Source: Octopus vulgaris (Eukaryota). From it: DNA of 64,000 nucleotides. The DNA is taken from contig OX597823.1 of the NCBI GenBank assembly GCA_951406725.2, positions 80,910,001-80,974,000 of the forward strand, written 5' to 3'. Within the stretch, counting starts at the first letter, position 1. Every line of letters begins with the position of its first letter. Of the stretch, positions 25,801 through 39,300 are shown piece after piece. The translations under genes were made by a program, and so were the position numbers. Below the pieces are notes generated by a model. The model was not told where the DNA came from, did not search any database, and saw only the letters and a list, made by a program, of their open reading frames with translations.

Positions 25801-28800
25801 CAAATACAATTCCTTAAAATAAATGTTTTAAAACCAGGAGGAATTTCGACCGTGTTTCGTGGTCTGCTACCACAACAGCTCCTTTATAGGATCCAGTTAA
25901 CTCAAGACATCATCAGGAGGAACCACGTCCGGTTTCAGCCCCTACTCCTCTACCGTTTTGACATGGCAGGCCCCATCCCTTTCGGGGGTGTCTTCAGCTC
26001 TGGTGTTGGGTGCATGTCTTCTTTCTTCTTCTTTCTTCTGTTCCCTGGCCTCTTCTATGTAGCGTCAATGAGTGTCAGCGGGCGACTGACTGTCTTGTCA
26101 AATTTTTTCCTTTAAATACCTGCTACTAGGCTCCAGCAGGCAGCACCAGCAAGTTGTCACATGACATTTTTCAACTTTAACTGACCAATGAAGTCGTGTA
26201 GTCTCAGCTCACGCATTTTGAAATAATTGTTTGTCAGAAGAAATTATATTCTTGATTAAATATTGAGTATCTTCACTTCTAAAATATAAATAAAGAAATT
26301 AATTGAAATCCTGGATTATGATTATTGCTAACTGTATGTAATATGGTTGCTAAGATTTGCTGCTAGTAAATTTGGAAAATATGGTTTTGTCATTTGATTA
26401 TCTACTGTGAAATTACCATTTAAAAATAATTGAAGAAACTATGTCAGCTAGGACAGATTTTGTTATTTATCTTCTTGTATTTATTAATTTTGTGAAGATG
26501 TGAGACCAAATGGTTTGGGTGTTGCACCCATGATCATAAGACTATGGTTTCAATTATTTTCATACTGGGCAACACATTGTGTTCTTGAGCAAAACACTTC
26601 ATTTCACATTGTTCCAATTTGCTCAGCCGTGAATGAGTTCCAACAATTGCTCAGAAGTTAACCTTGTGTCAGACTGGCATCTCTGACAATAAAAATTGTC
26701 ATAATCTTAGTCAATTATACACCATGAGAAGTGGACTAAACCCTAATTTAGTGAGTCCTAGGGCTCAGGACTGACCTAAATCTAATTCAATAAATTCAAT
26801 ATTATTCATTGTCCAGGGCTTCATCACCCGTGAAGGAGGAACTCCTTCTTGGACTCCTTCCACCACTGTCTGTCTCTGGTCAGTCATGATTATAGGTCCC
26901 AGTTAGCAGGTGAGATTATCTCACCATCTTGTCTTCAGTTCTCAGCATCTTGATCTTCTCCATGTCTTGATGTCCATTCCATCACTTTGATTGCTCATCT
27001 TTTGACTTTCAGATGAGCAATGGTTTAATAATTCAATATGTTTTATTATTTATTTTGTTGAATTCTGATGACCAAACAAGTATGTAATAATGGAGACTTC
27101 TCAGATTATACATAAATATAATCATTCTTTTCTATTTGAATATCCAGGCAAACTTAAAAGGCAGTGTAGTTAAAATTCCATTTGGCACCACATCAACAAC
27201 TATAAAGATCTCTTTCAAAGGTGTTGCAGGAGATTGTAACATGGCTGTAACAGTATCTATAAAGGGGTGCTTTGAATCACTAAGTAAGTATTTAAATGTA
27301 TGTTTTACTTGCTTCGGTCATTAGACTGTGGCCACGCTACAGCACTACTTTGAAGAATTTCAGTCAAATGAATTGACCCCAGTACTTATAAGTCTAGTAC
27401 TTATTTTATCAGTCTCTTTTGTTGAACTGCTAAGTGATGGAGATATAAACACAACAATACCAGTTGTCATGCAATGGTGGGGGACAAACAGACACAGAGA
27501 GACATACACACATATGGCAGGCTACATTTGGTTTCTATCTACCAACTCCACTCACAAGGCTTTGAGTAGGCCCAAGGCTATGGTAGAAGATACTTGCCCA
27601 GGGTGCCACACAGTAGTACTGAACCCAGAACCATGTGATTGGGAAGCAAGCTTCTTACCACACAGTCACACCTGCACCTGTATATGCATCTCATCAAATT
27701 GATTTGGTCTTCCATATCTAATTACATAACTAGTATACTTTGTAAATTAAAAGAATACTATTTTCCTTGTTGAGTTAGCCTTGTGGTTCTTAAATGGTGC
27801 ACCATGAAAAAGATTAGAATTTTATTACTGGTCAAAACATATTCTTGTAAAACATTTTTGGAAAACAGATAGTCTTGTGGTTTAATGGACCGACATAAAA
27901 CAGCATGTGAATAATGCCAATGTAATTCACATCATTCCATTTTTTACCTTTCCAATTTTAGCTTCTACTCTTGTGCCAGGTAAATTAGCTAAGGTAACAA
28001 CACAAGCACAAATGATGTTTAAAAGGTGCTACTTTAATTTTTGACACTATACTTCAAAAATATTTCTACAATTTTGTCCAGGTTTTCTAGCAAGGAACTA
28101 AATTTCTTCTGTAGAATCTTGGTGAATTTAATGAGCCAATCATGCAATTAATAAAATTTTAACTTGAAAAATATTGCATGAATAATGTTGGTTTCAAGAA
28201 GAGGATCATTAATATTAGCTGCTTTACCTAGATATTTGACAATAAGATAGATTCTGGTTGCTTTTTTTTTTTCATTAAATTATAAAAGTGGTGTATGGGG
28301 CTGAGACATGGCGAACAACAGTTAAGTCAAACAAGCAAATACAATCATTCATCAACAGATAGTTGCGTAGTATACTTAAAATTAGATGGCCCGAACACAT
28401 AAGCAATATGGAGCTATGGCAAAGAACAAATGAAGTTTCGATTAGGGAGCAAATATTTAAGAAAAAGTGGAAGTGGATTGGTAGCACAATTAGAAAAGAC
28501 ACACCAAATGTAGCGAAAAGTGCTTTACAGGGGAAACTGGATGGGTATAGAAAGAAAGGTAGGCCTAAGAACTTGTGGCAGAGATCAACACAAAAGGAAC
28601 TAGAGAAAGGGGGACATTCATAGCAGAGTATAAGTACAGAAGCAAAAAATTATGCGACATGGAATTCAACTATAAGTGGCCTATACTCCACATTGGAGGG
28701 TTAAAGGCATAAAGAAAAAAATTATAAAAGCACAGTGGTAAGATATTGAATACATGTTAGAATCTTATATAAAAATCTTGCCGTAAATTTATTTTTTCTT

Positions 28801-30286
28801 ACTGTTTCTATGTTGAATATATGAAATTTCATTAACTATTTTGTTAGCTATAAAATGTCTGTTAATATACCTAACAAATGTCATTTTATTGGTATTATAT
28901 AAAGATCATTGTAAATGTAATTCCTTTTTATCATTTTGATTTTAGCTACAACACCCCTCCCAACATCGACAGTACAACCAACAACAGCCACAGGTATGAT
29001 GATTAAAAGTCACTTTTTCAATTTCTTTTATATGAAAAATCTAAAGAATCTTTCTATGATTTGATATAAAATTTTATCTAATAATGAATTGAATTTCTTC
29101 TGTAGAGTCTTGGTGTGTATTCAATGATGGTTTGACAGATCATACTTTAATAAGGAACTCAGATATTGATTTGTCAAGCAATGATGAAAACAAAAATGCT
29201 ATTCGGCCAGGAGGAAAAGGTTGGAAACCAGCAAAAGAAGATAAGAAACCATTTGTTAGCATTTTTGTTGGTGATTCTTTGAGGTATGGTGCATCTGTAC
29301 GTCTGGGCAAGGCTAAAGATATTAAAAGTTTTGATGTTATTCTAAGTGGAGGTGAAAACAATAAGAAATTCAAGGTGAGTTTACTGAAATGATGACTGCT
29401 TTTCTTTCCAAATTAGTAAAATCTAACTGGTTATATTGTCTCAAACATTAAATTTCCTTTTGAATTGGTTGAGTGAAGGGGTTGAGTACTACAATGGAAA
29501 TGAGCAGGTAAAAGAAAGTGAGGGATGTTAATAATGAGTGAGGGAGGAGGGGATTTGATTACAAGAGGTAGAGAAAGGTGGTTTTTAAGATATATCAGTT
29601 ATTAACACGTGATACAATCTTTCTCTACATAAGCATCTAGATGGGAGAGAGGAGAGGCACCACCATTCCTTGATTCATTGGTGGCATGACACATTGTGTA
29701 GGTGGGAGTGATTGGAAGGAGAAGGTATAGAAGTGGTTGAGCGGTGGAGAGTAGATAGAATCAAATATAAAGTCAATAGATAAAAATGTCAAATACAAAT
29801 ATACTATTCACCATGCTTGTATGAAAGTGCAGGCATTTTCTAGCAGCATGTGTTGTCAATCATCCATTGACGAATTACTGCATCTTGACTGTTGATGAGC
29901 ATAGGCACAGAATATAAGCACTTTCTCACCTTTCCAAGCATCAAACTAATACACCTGCTTGTTGTTTATAGAACTGTCTTCATCTGTTTTTTCGTAAATT
30001 TCAACTATATATATATATGTATATATATATCATCATCATCATCTTTGTTATGAGCATCAACACACATCACCATTTAATGTTTGTTTTCCATGCTGGCATG
30101 GGTTGGAGGTTTCACAGGAGCTGGCACACCAAAGGACTACACCAGGCTTCACTGTCTGCTCTGACATGGTTTTCATGGCTGGAACTAATAGTGAAGCCTG
30201 GTGCAGTTGCGGTTTGCCTGCTACTATCAAACTGTCCAACCCGTGCCAGCATGGAAAACGGAGTTTAATTGAAGTTGATAATGATT

Positions 30287-30336
<50 letters not shown>

Positions 30337-33300
30337 GTATTTATTGAACATGTGAAATAATTTACACCTGGTCTTGTGCTGTTAGAGCAGATACCTTGGT
30401 CATACAATAGACATTAATACGTGCTTCTTTACTTCTGTTTTCAAAGTTAGATAAAGAACTAGAAAATAATATAATGCACATACTTTTGTCAGAATATCCA
30501 TTAATACAGTTCATTCTCATCTACTTGTGCATCCAATACAGGCAAATATGAAAGACAGTGTTGTTAAAATTCCATTTGGCACCACATCGTCTACCATAAA
30601 GATTTACTTGCAAGGTGTTCCAGGTGACTGTGACATGGCTGTAACAGTATCTATAAAGGGGTGCTTTGAATCACGATGTAAGTATATTAATCTGCAAGTA
30701 ACTCATCTTGATAATGTTTTCTTTAACTTACCACATAACTAGTAAAGTTTATCTCTGATTATGATACATCTCTGTTTGTGTGTATATTAGTTATTGAGAG
30801 GAGCATAATGAGTGATTCCTATAACCTTTAATCTTCTTCCCAACTTGGTTAGACTGATGTAGTTTATGGTCATTTGATCCTCTATTGTTCAACTACAAGG
30901 TGAAATTAAGAGCCTTAACGTTCCTAACCATTTAAAAGATTTTTGTGACTCCTCATTATCATCATCATCATCGTTTAATGTGCACTTTCCATGCCGGCAT
31001 GGGTTGGACAGTTTGACTGAGGACTGGTGACCTTGAGGCTGCACCAGGCCCAATCTGGTGGATACCCTTCCTAACACCAACCACTCCAAGAGTGTAGTGG
31101 GTGCTTTTATGTGACACCAGCACAAGGGCCAATCAAGTGGTTCTGGCAACGACCACACTCAAAAGGTGTCTTATTGCGCTACTTGCACAGAAGCCAGTCC
31201 AGTGGCACACTGGCAATGACCATGCTCGAATATGCTGTTTTTCCTGTGCCACTGGCATATGTGCCTGTAAGGTAATTCTGGCACTGATCATGTTTGAATG
31301 GTGCTTTTCACATACCACCAGCACAGGAGTCAATCCGTGGCCCTGGCACCGATCACACTCAGATGTGCATTTAACGTTCCACTGGCACGAATGCCAATCA
31401 GGCGGTACTGTCATTGGCCACATCAGCGATTTTGATTTCACTTGCCTCAATAGGTCTTCACAAGCAAAGTTTATTATCCAATGAATGAGGGGTATTCATA
31501 AGTGGGCTGGTTACACCCATTGCCATAGGCCATGAGCCATGGTCTCACTTGGCTTGTCTTCAAAATTTAAACAATAATAAACCATAAAATAAACTTTATA
31601 AGAGATTAAAAATATAAATGGTGAATGTATGTCTTCCAAGCAGTCATTATTATAGCTTCAATGCACAGTCATAGATCAAATCACTTGCCAGATAAATTAA
31701 TCTCTATAAACCTATATACCTATTACATTGATGGTATACTAGATACTTAAATCATGTGAAGGTAATTTTAGTCATTTAAAACTAAACACACTATAATTCA
31801 CATCTTGTCAATTTTCATTTTGATTTTAGCTACAACACCACTTCCAGCAACAACAGCACAACCAACAACAGCAACAGGTATACTGATTAAAAGTCACTTT
31901 TTCAATTTCTTTTGCTTGAAAAATCTAAAGAATCTTTCTATGATTTTATGTAAAATTTTATCTAATAATGAATTGAATTTCTTCTGTAGAATCTTGGTGT
32001 GTATTCAATGATGGTTTGGCAGATCACACTTTAATAAGGAACTCAGATATTGATTTGTCAAGTAATGATGAAAACAAAAATGTTATTCGACCAGGAGGAA
32101 AAGGTTGGAAACCAGCAAAAGAAGATAAGAAACCATTCATTAGCATTTTTGTTGGTGACTCTTTAAGGTATGGTGCATCTGTACGTCTGGGCAAGGCTAA
32201 AGATATTAAAAGTTTTGATGTTATTCTAAGTGGAGGTGAAAACAATAAGAAATTCAAGGTGAGTTTACTGAAATGATGACTGCTTTTCTTTCCAAATTAG
32301 TAAAATCTAACTGGTTCTATTTTCTCAAATGTTTAATTTCCTTTTGGATTGGTTGGGTGGAAAGGTTGAGCACTGCAATGGAAATGAGCAGGGTAATGGT
32401 AAAAGAAAGTGAGGGATGTTAATAATGAATGAGGGAGGAGGGGATTTGATTACAAGAGGTAGAGAAAGGTGGTTTTTTAAGATGTATCAGTTATTAACAA
32501 ATGTGATACAATCTCTCACTATGAAGGCATCTAGATGGGAGAGAGGAGAGGCACCACCATTCCATTATTCATTGGTGGCATAACACATTGTGTAGGTGGG
32601 AGTGATTGGAAGGAGAAGGTATAGAAGTGGTGGAACAGCGGGGAGCAGATGGAAACAAACAGAAAATCAATAAAAGATTTTCAATGCACCTGCTGAAAGA
32701 ATACGAATTTCAGAAGATGCTCAGATAAGAAATTTTGTCTTATCAACCTCGTTCATCTACTCTTCTATTTCTGCGCAGATCATAAACCCCTTATTAGTTC
32801 TTTTCATTATTCTATCTATTTCATTACCATGTAAACATAGTTTAAATAGTTCCGCTGTCCTTGTTGTTGTCTTAAGTTGATGCATCTCCATTAATCGTCA
32901 CATATTTATTTATTCAAGTTTATCACATTGTAACTCATCTCTCTAAATTTGTCACAGATTGGCTAACCAAAAATTCTAAGATTTTTCAATTCTATTTCAC
33001 TATTATTGGCATTCGCTGTTTCATAAAATTATTTTACCCAAAATCCCAAAGAATATTTTACTCTCTCGTGTTCTATGCCTGAACATCCTAACTCTGGCTA
33101 CCCTCTCTCTCTCTCTCTGCCTCACTGTCTCTCTCTCTCTCTTTCAATTTACCACTTGATTCACCAACACTTCCCCATCTACCACCACCACCACCACCCT
33201 ATATATACTAGTGCACGCACTCGGATTCCCCTACTCGATTTTTAATAGCTCCTCTAAAAGAATACAAATCCAGAAGATGCTCTCGTCTAAATTTGCTAGT

Positions 33301-36300
33301 TCGCGATATGCCTACTCCTCCACCTGTACCAGAAGTTCCTATCCTGTCATCCTTTGGTTGTCTCCCATGAACACTTCTAGAAGCTTAATACCATCCCCAC
33401 TCCTACCTAGGGTTTATCGATCATATAGTGCATAAAAATGATGATGTAGTGTATGCAGGTTGAAGGCTATTGTTTGTTTATAAATTCTGCCAAATGCAAG
33501 CTTTCTTTTCAGGTACATGACACTGCTGTCCCTCATCCCAGGGTCTCACAGGCCCACACCTCCCACACCCTTAGAGTTGGCAGACTCAACATCGGCACAC
33601 TGAAAGGTAGATCTGGTAAGATTGTTGAGATGCTTGAATGGAGATGTGTCGATTTGTGCTGCCTCCAAGAAGTAAGGTGGAGAGGAGGTTCTGCTAGGTA
33701 CCTCACTGGCAAAGAACACAGGTGCAAGATTTTCTGGGCAGGGAACACTGATGGGATCGGGGCCGTGGGTATACTTCTTGCAGAGAAATGGATTGATAAG
33801 GTCATCGAGCTAGTCAGAGTATGCGACAGAATACTTAAGATTAGATTAGTGCCCCATCATGGGTTATCAACCATTATCTATGCCCCTCAACTGGGGCTAT
33901 CTGATGGAAATAAAGACCAATTATATGACTCCCTCTTGCAGACTACCTCATTGACAAATGACAGGGACCTTCTCTTTGTGGCTGGTGACTTCAATGGACA
34001 TGTCGGACAACATGCAGGGGGCTTCCATGGTGTACATGGAGGCTATGGTTTTGGTTCCCACAATGAGGAGGGAACCAGGCTGCTGGAGTTTTGCGATGCA
34101 AATGATCTTATGGTTTGCAATACTAACTTCAGAAAACCTGCCAGTCACCTAGTCACCTACTCTTCTGGCAGACACACTAGCCAAATTGACTACATCCTCA
34201 CCAGAAAAAGGGAAAGATGGCTGCTTATAAATGCCAAAACCTTCCCAGGCAAAGAATATACACCACAACATAGACTAGTAGTTAGCAACTTCAGGATCAG
34301 GGCTAAATGAGTGCCCAGAAGACGACCAGCATAGAGGAGATGGGTCTGGAAGCTTAAAAATCCTATGATCTTTAAATAGAAAATAATATAATGCACATAG
34401 TTTTATCAGATTATCCATTAATACAGATCATTCTCTTCTACTTGTGCATCCAATATAGGCTAATATGAAAGACAGTGTTGTTAAAATTCCATTTGGCACC
34501 ACATCGTCTACCATAAAGATTTACTTGCAAGGTGTTCCAGGTGATTGTAACATGGCTGTAACAGTATCTATAAAGGGGTGCTTTGAATCACGATGTAAGT
34601 ATATTAATCTGCATGTAACTCATCTTGATATTGTTTTCTTTAACTTACCACATAACTAGTAAAGTTTATCTCTGATTATGATACATCAATGTTTGTGTGT
34701 ATACATGTGTATATTAGTTATTGAGAGGAGCATAATGAGTAATTCCTATAACCTTTAACCTTCTTCCCAACCTGGTTAGTCTGATGTAGTTTATGGTTAT
34801 TTGATCCTCTATTGTTCAACTACAAGGCCAAATTAAGAGCCATAAAGTTCCTAACCATTTAAAAAATTTTGGTGCCCCCCTATATGTGCAATTCAAAATA
34901 TAAACAATAATAAACCATAAAATAAATTCTATTAGGGATTAAAAATATAAATGGTGAATGTGTGTTTTCCAGGTTTTAATTATTTTAGTTTCACAGATCA
35001 AATCACTTATCAGACAAATTCATCTCCAAAAATCTATAAATATTATTACATTGATATTTAGAAACGATGGTATATTAGAAACTTAAATCATGTTATACTA
35101 ATTTTAGTCATTTAAAACACCCTGTCCTTCACATCTTGTCAATTTTCATTTTCATTTTAGCTACAACACCACTTCCAACATCAACAGTACAACCAACAAC
35201 AGCAACAGGTATGATGATTAAAAGTCACTTTTTCAATTTCTTTTATATGAAAAATCTAAAGAATCTTTCTATAATTTGATATAAAATTTTATCTAATAAT
35301 GAATTGAATTTCTTCTGTAGAGTCTTGGTGTGTATTCAATGATGGTTTGGCAGATCAAACTTTAATAAGGAACTCAGATATTGATTTGTCAAGCAATGAT
35401 GAAAACAAAAATGCTATTCGGCCAGGAGGAAAAGGTTGGAAACCAGCAAAAGAAAATAAGAAACCATTTGTTAGCATTTTTGTTGGAGATTCTTTGAGGT
35501 ATGGTGCATCTGTACGTCTGGGCAAGGCTAAAGATATTAAAAGTTTTGATGTTATTCTAAGTGGAGGTGAAAACAATAAGAAATACATGGTGAGTCTACT
35601 GAAATGATGGCTGTCTTCACAATAATAAAATATAAAATGTCATAAAACTATATCTTGTTGGTTATATTATTTTTAAATATTTGTTTGTCAACACAGATAA
35701 CACGCATGGTTATATATTGAGTATCTTTAGTTTTAAAATATAAATACATAAAATAAAATTCCGCATTGTAACTATTAATGTTAGATATATATAACATTCA
35801 ATCATCATCATCATCGTTTAACGTCCACTTTCCATGCTAGCATGGGTTGAACGAATAACTGAGGGCTGGCAAACCAGATGGCTGCACTAGGCTTGAATCT
35901 TGATCTGTTTCTACAGCTAGATGCCCTTCCTAACATCAACAACTCCGAGAGTGTAGTGTGTGCTTTTACGTGCCACCGGCACGGGGCCAGTCAGGTGGTA
36001 CTGGCAACGACCTCACTCGAATCTTTTACAAATGCCACCGGCACAGGTGCCATTAAGGCGATGCTGGTAATGATCACACTCAAATGGTGTCTTTTACATG
36101 CCACCAGCTCGGATGGTGCTCTTAATACCCTTCAATATTGTTAAATTTTACTGCTAGTAAGCATAAAATGAGTTTTTTCTTCATTTAATTACTGACTGTA
36201 AAATCATTAGGTAAAAATGACTAAGTAATTATATGAGGTGAAATTTATTTATTTTATTCTAGTTGTGAGTTTAGATTTCATTGTAACATTCTATAACATG

Positions 36301-39300
36301 TTTTATTTATGTTGTTGAATTCAAATAAAGAAAAAATAATTATTGTTACAGCAACACTTTTTCTCATATTATTCACAAATATAATCATCTTTCTCTGTTT
36401 GAATATCCAGGCAAACTTAAAAGACAGTGTTGTTAAAATTCCATTTGGTACCACATCAACAACTGTAAAGATTTCTTTCAAAGGTGTTGCAGGAGATTGT
36501 GACATGGCTGTAACAGTATCTATAAAGGGGTGCTTTGAATCACGATGTAAGTATTTTGAACATATGGGTATCACTTCTGCTTCATTTATGTAGAGTTGCA
36601 ATATAACTTGAAGCAATTTGTGTATTGGTGGTATACTGTACTGGACTATATCACAACTAGAAAATGAAATGAATAACGAACAAAGATATTCCATAATGAG
36701 GTTTAAAATGATTGCTAACTCTAAACTACAGTGTTTGCTAGAAAACTATAATGTTTCCAGGGAGTTGAAAACATTTTCAATTGTAAAACTGTGAAAAAAA
36801 GGAATTGAACAAACCTCTGGTATTAATATTTATAATATAATAAAATGCGAAGTGAAAAAATAGGGTTAAAATACACTGTAAAATGACAGAAATATCTGCC
36901 CTGCTATCTTACTATATGCTGCCCCATAAAAATGAAAGTGTTTACCCTGTGAAAAGTGAAGATGAAAATGCTTTTTGCTTCACATGCATTTTTTTTAGGA
37001 AATAGAATTATTAAAGAATGAATGTTATGCTAGAAAATGGATGTATTATATATGATTATTTTCATTCTATTAGGAAATAATCAATGTAAATTTAAAAACT
37101 TTCAGTGATAATTTCTTACATTTCATTGTCTTTCATTTCTATTTCAGCCACACCTATCCCAACAACAACACTCCGACCCACAACACAAACAGGTAAACTA
37201 TTTCTCTTTCATAGAAATATTAGTGTTTTTGGATATTATAATATTACTAATGATGGTCATTTTGTTGATTTCAATTTTATTTATTGATATTATTTTCTAG
37301 AATCCTGGTGTGTATTTAATGATGGTTTGGAAGATGCTTCATTAATAAGGGCCTGGGACATTAAATTATCAAGCAATGATAAAAATCCAGATGTTATTCG
37401 CCCTGGCAGAAATGGTTGGAGACCAGATGAAGGTGATAATAAACGCACAGTAACAATGTTTGTTGGTGATGCTTTAAGATATGGTGCATCTATTCATCTA
37501 TTACGAGCAGTAGGTGTTGCAAAGTTTGATGTTATTCTCAGTGGTGGAGAGAATAATAGATTTAAGGTGAGATTCAGTAAAGTAAATTTGCTATAACAAT
37601 ATTATCACATTAAACACTTTATTGAAATAGTTCCATAAGTTTTACCATTATTATCCAATCCTACAGAAACGCTGCTCTCTGGGCAGTTTTCTGTTAGAAT
37701 ATGTCATGTTTGCTTGTAGGAAACAGCTGTGATGTGTATTTCTGCCAATATATATATATATGTGTGTTACGCACACACATTCATGCATATGTTGTCTTTT
37801 TCTCGCAGATATCATCTGATATCTGCAAAGTAATTGTCATATGATAAATAGACAGGGTATAAAATTTTGTACAAATATTCTCAAAGAGAAATTTTGAAAT
37901 AACTTATTTTTAATGAAATCAATTGAATGGAGGCAATAGAAAAGCAATAAAAATGAGTAGATAAAGAGAGGGGGAGAGACTGTGTCTGTTACAAAGTAGC
38001 ACAGTGAATGTGTCAGTGTGTACTGGGAAAGAGAAGCGAAAAGTATTAAAAGAAATGACAAAACAATGATTGTGATTGATGTTTGTGTGAGAGAGAACAA
38101 AGACTGAAGAGGTGATGTTGAAAAATTTAAGCATCAATATATTACATAAGAATTTTCTAAACACTTTAGACTTTAATGCTTTCTTTTGCTAAAAGTTACA
38201 TAATTCCTACTAAGTAATACACAGATTCCTTAACCCAGCATAAAATATAGAGCCCATTAAAATTGTTTATAACATAAATTATTATAGGGATATGAGATTT
38301 AAAGAATGCTTTAAAAATTGTTTGACTATATGCATATTTGTTATATTTTTGCCTTTCTTTCCAAATTACTTGTATAACTATGTATTTGTGGAGTGAAATG
38401 ATCAAAAGATAGCTTGATATGATTTACATTGATAACCATAAAAAAATGTCTTTGAAAATCTTTGAAATATGCTATATGACAAGCATTTTGTAAAACAAAT
38501 TGTACTTTTAATTTAGATGCAATGATAGTTTTATCTAAAACTGTTTATATCTGCATTACCTGTCTATCCAGAACAAGGAAAAGAAGAATTTATAAAAATT
38601 CCATATTATATTAGTCAGGAATCTTACAATATTCCTTACATGTTCCTCTCTCATCCATGATAGCTTTAGGCTTTTAATTAGTTCATCTAGTGTCATCTAG
38701 CAAATGGTTAACTTAGTTTTTTTAATTAGTACTAAAGAAAGCATGTCACCTAGCAGGTGGTTAATTTAACTTTTTATTAGTCTTTCACTTCTGTTTACCA
38801 TGTACTAAAGAAATCAGTGGACTTTAAAAAATTACTCAGGCTTTACTGTTTCGGAGGAAAAAATGTAGTAGATGTCCTGCCAAGAACATCACAGATCCAG
38901 ATTATTCTGACAACTTGGCAATACTCAATGATCAAATGAAAGATGCCAATATCTCCCTATATGATCTGGAGAAAAAAGCCAGAAAAATTGTTCCACATAT
39001 CAATGCTATTAAGACAGAATACATATCTTAGGAAAGCTTGCATTCTTTGAATGGAGAAGAAATGTAAAAAAATAGAGAACTACAAATGTATTGTAAGTCA
39101 TATTTCTAAATCCAAGATTGGTACAGACATGAGAATTAGTAAAGCATGGTGAGTACTTAAGTGATATTACATTAAACATAGTGAAAATACCAACAACTAC
39201 TATTTTTTTTCTTTGTTTATCTAAAGCTTCCTTATCTCTGTTTTTTTTTTCTGTATCCAGAACATTGAAAAGGATGCTGTTGTTAAAATTCCATTTGGAA

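Noticed and set aside
33453-34310. 285-aa ORF as a host nuclease gene
   Set aside because: It is a LINE APE domain with a stop before any RT, inside an intron and present in only one repeat unit.
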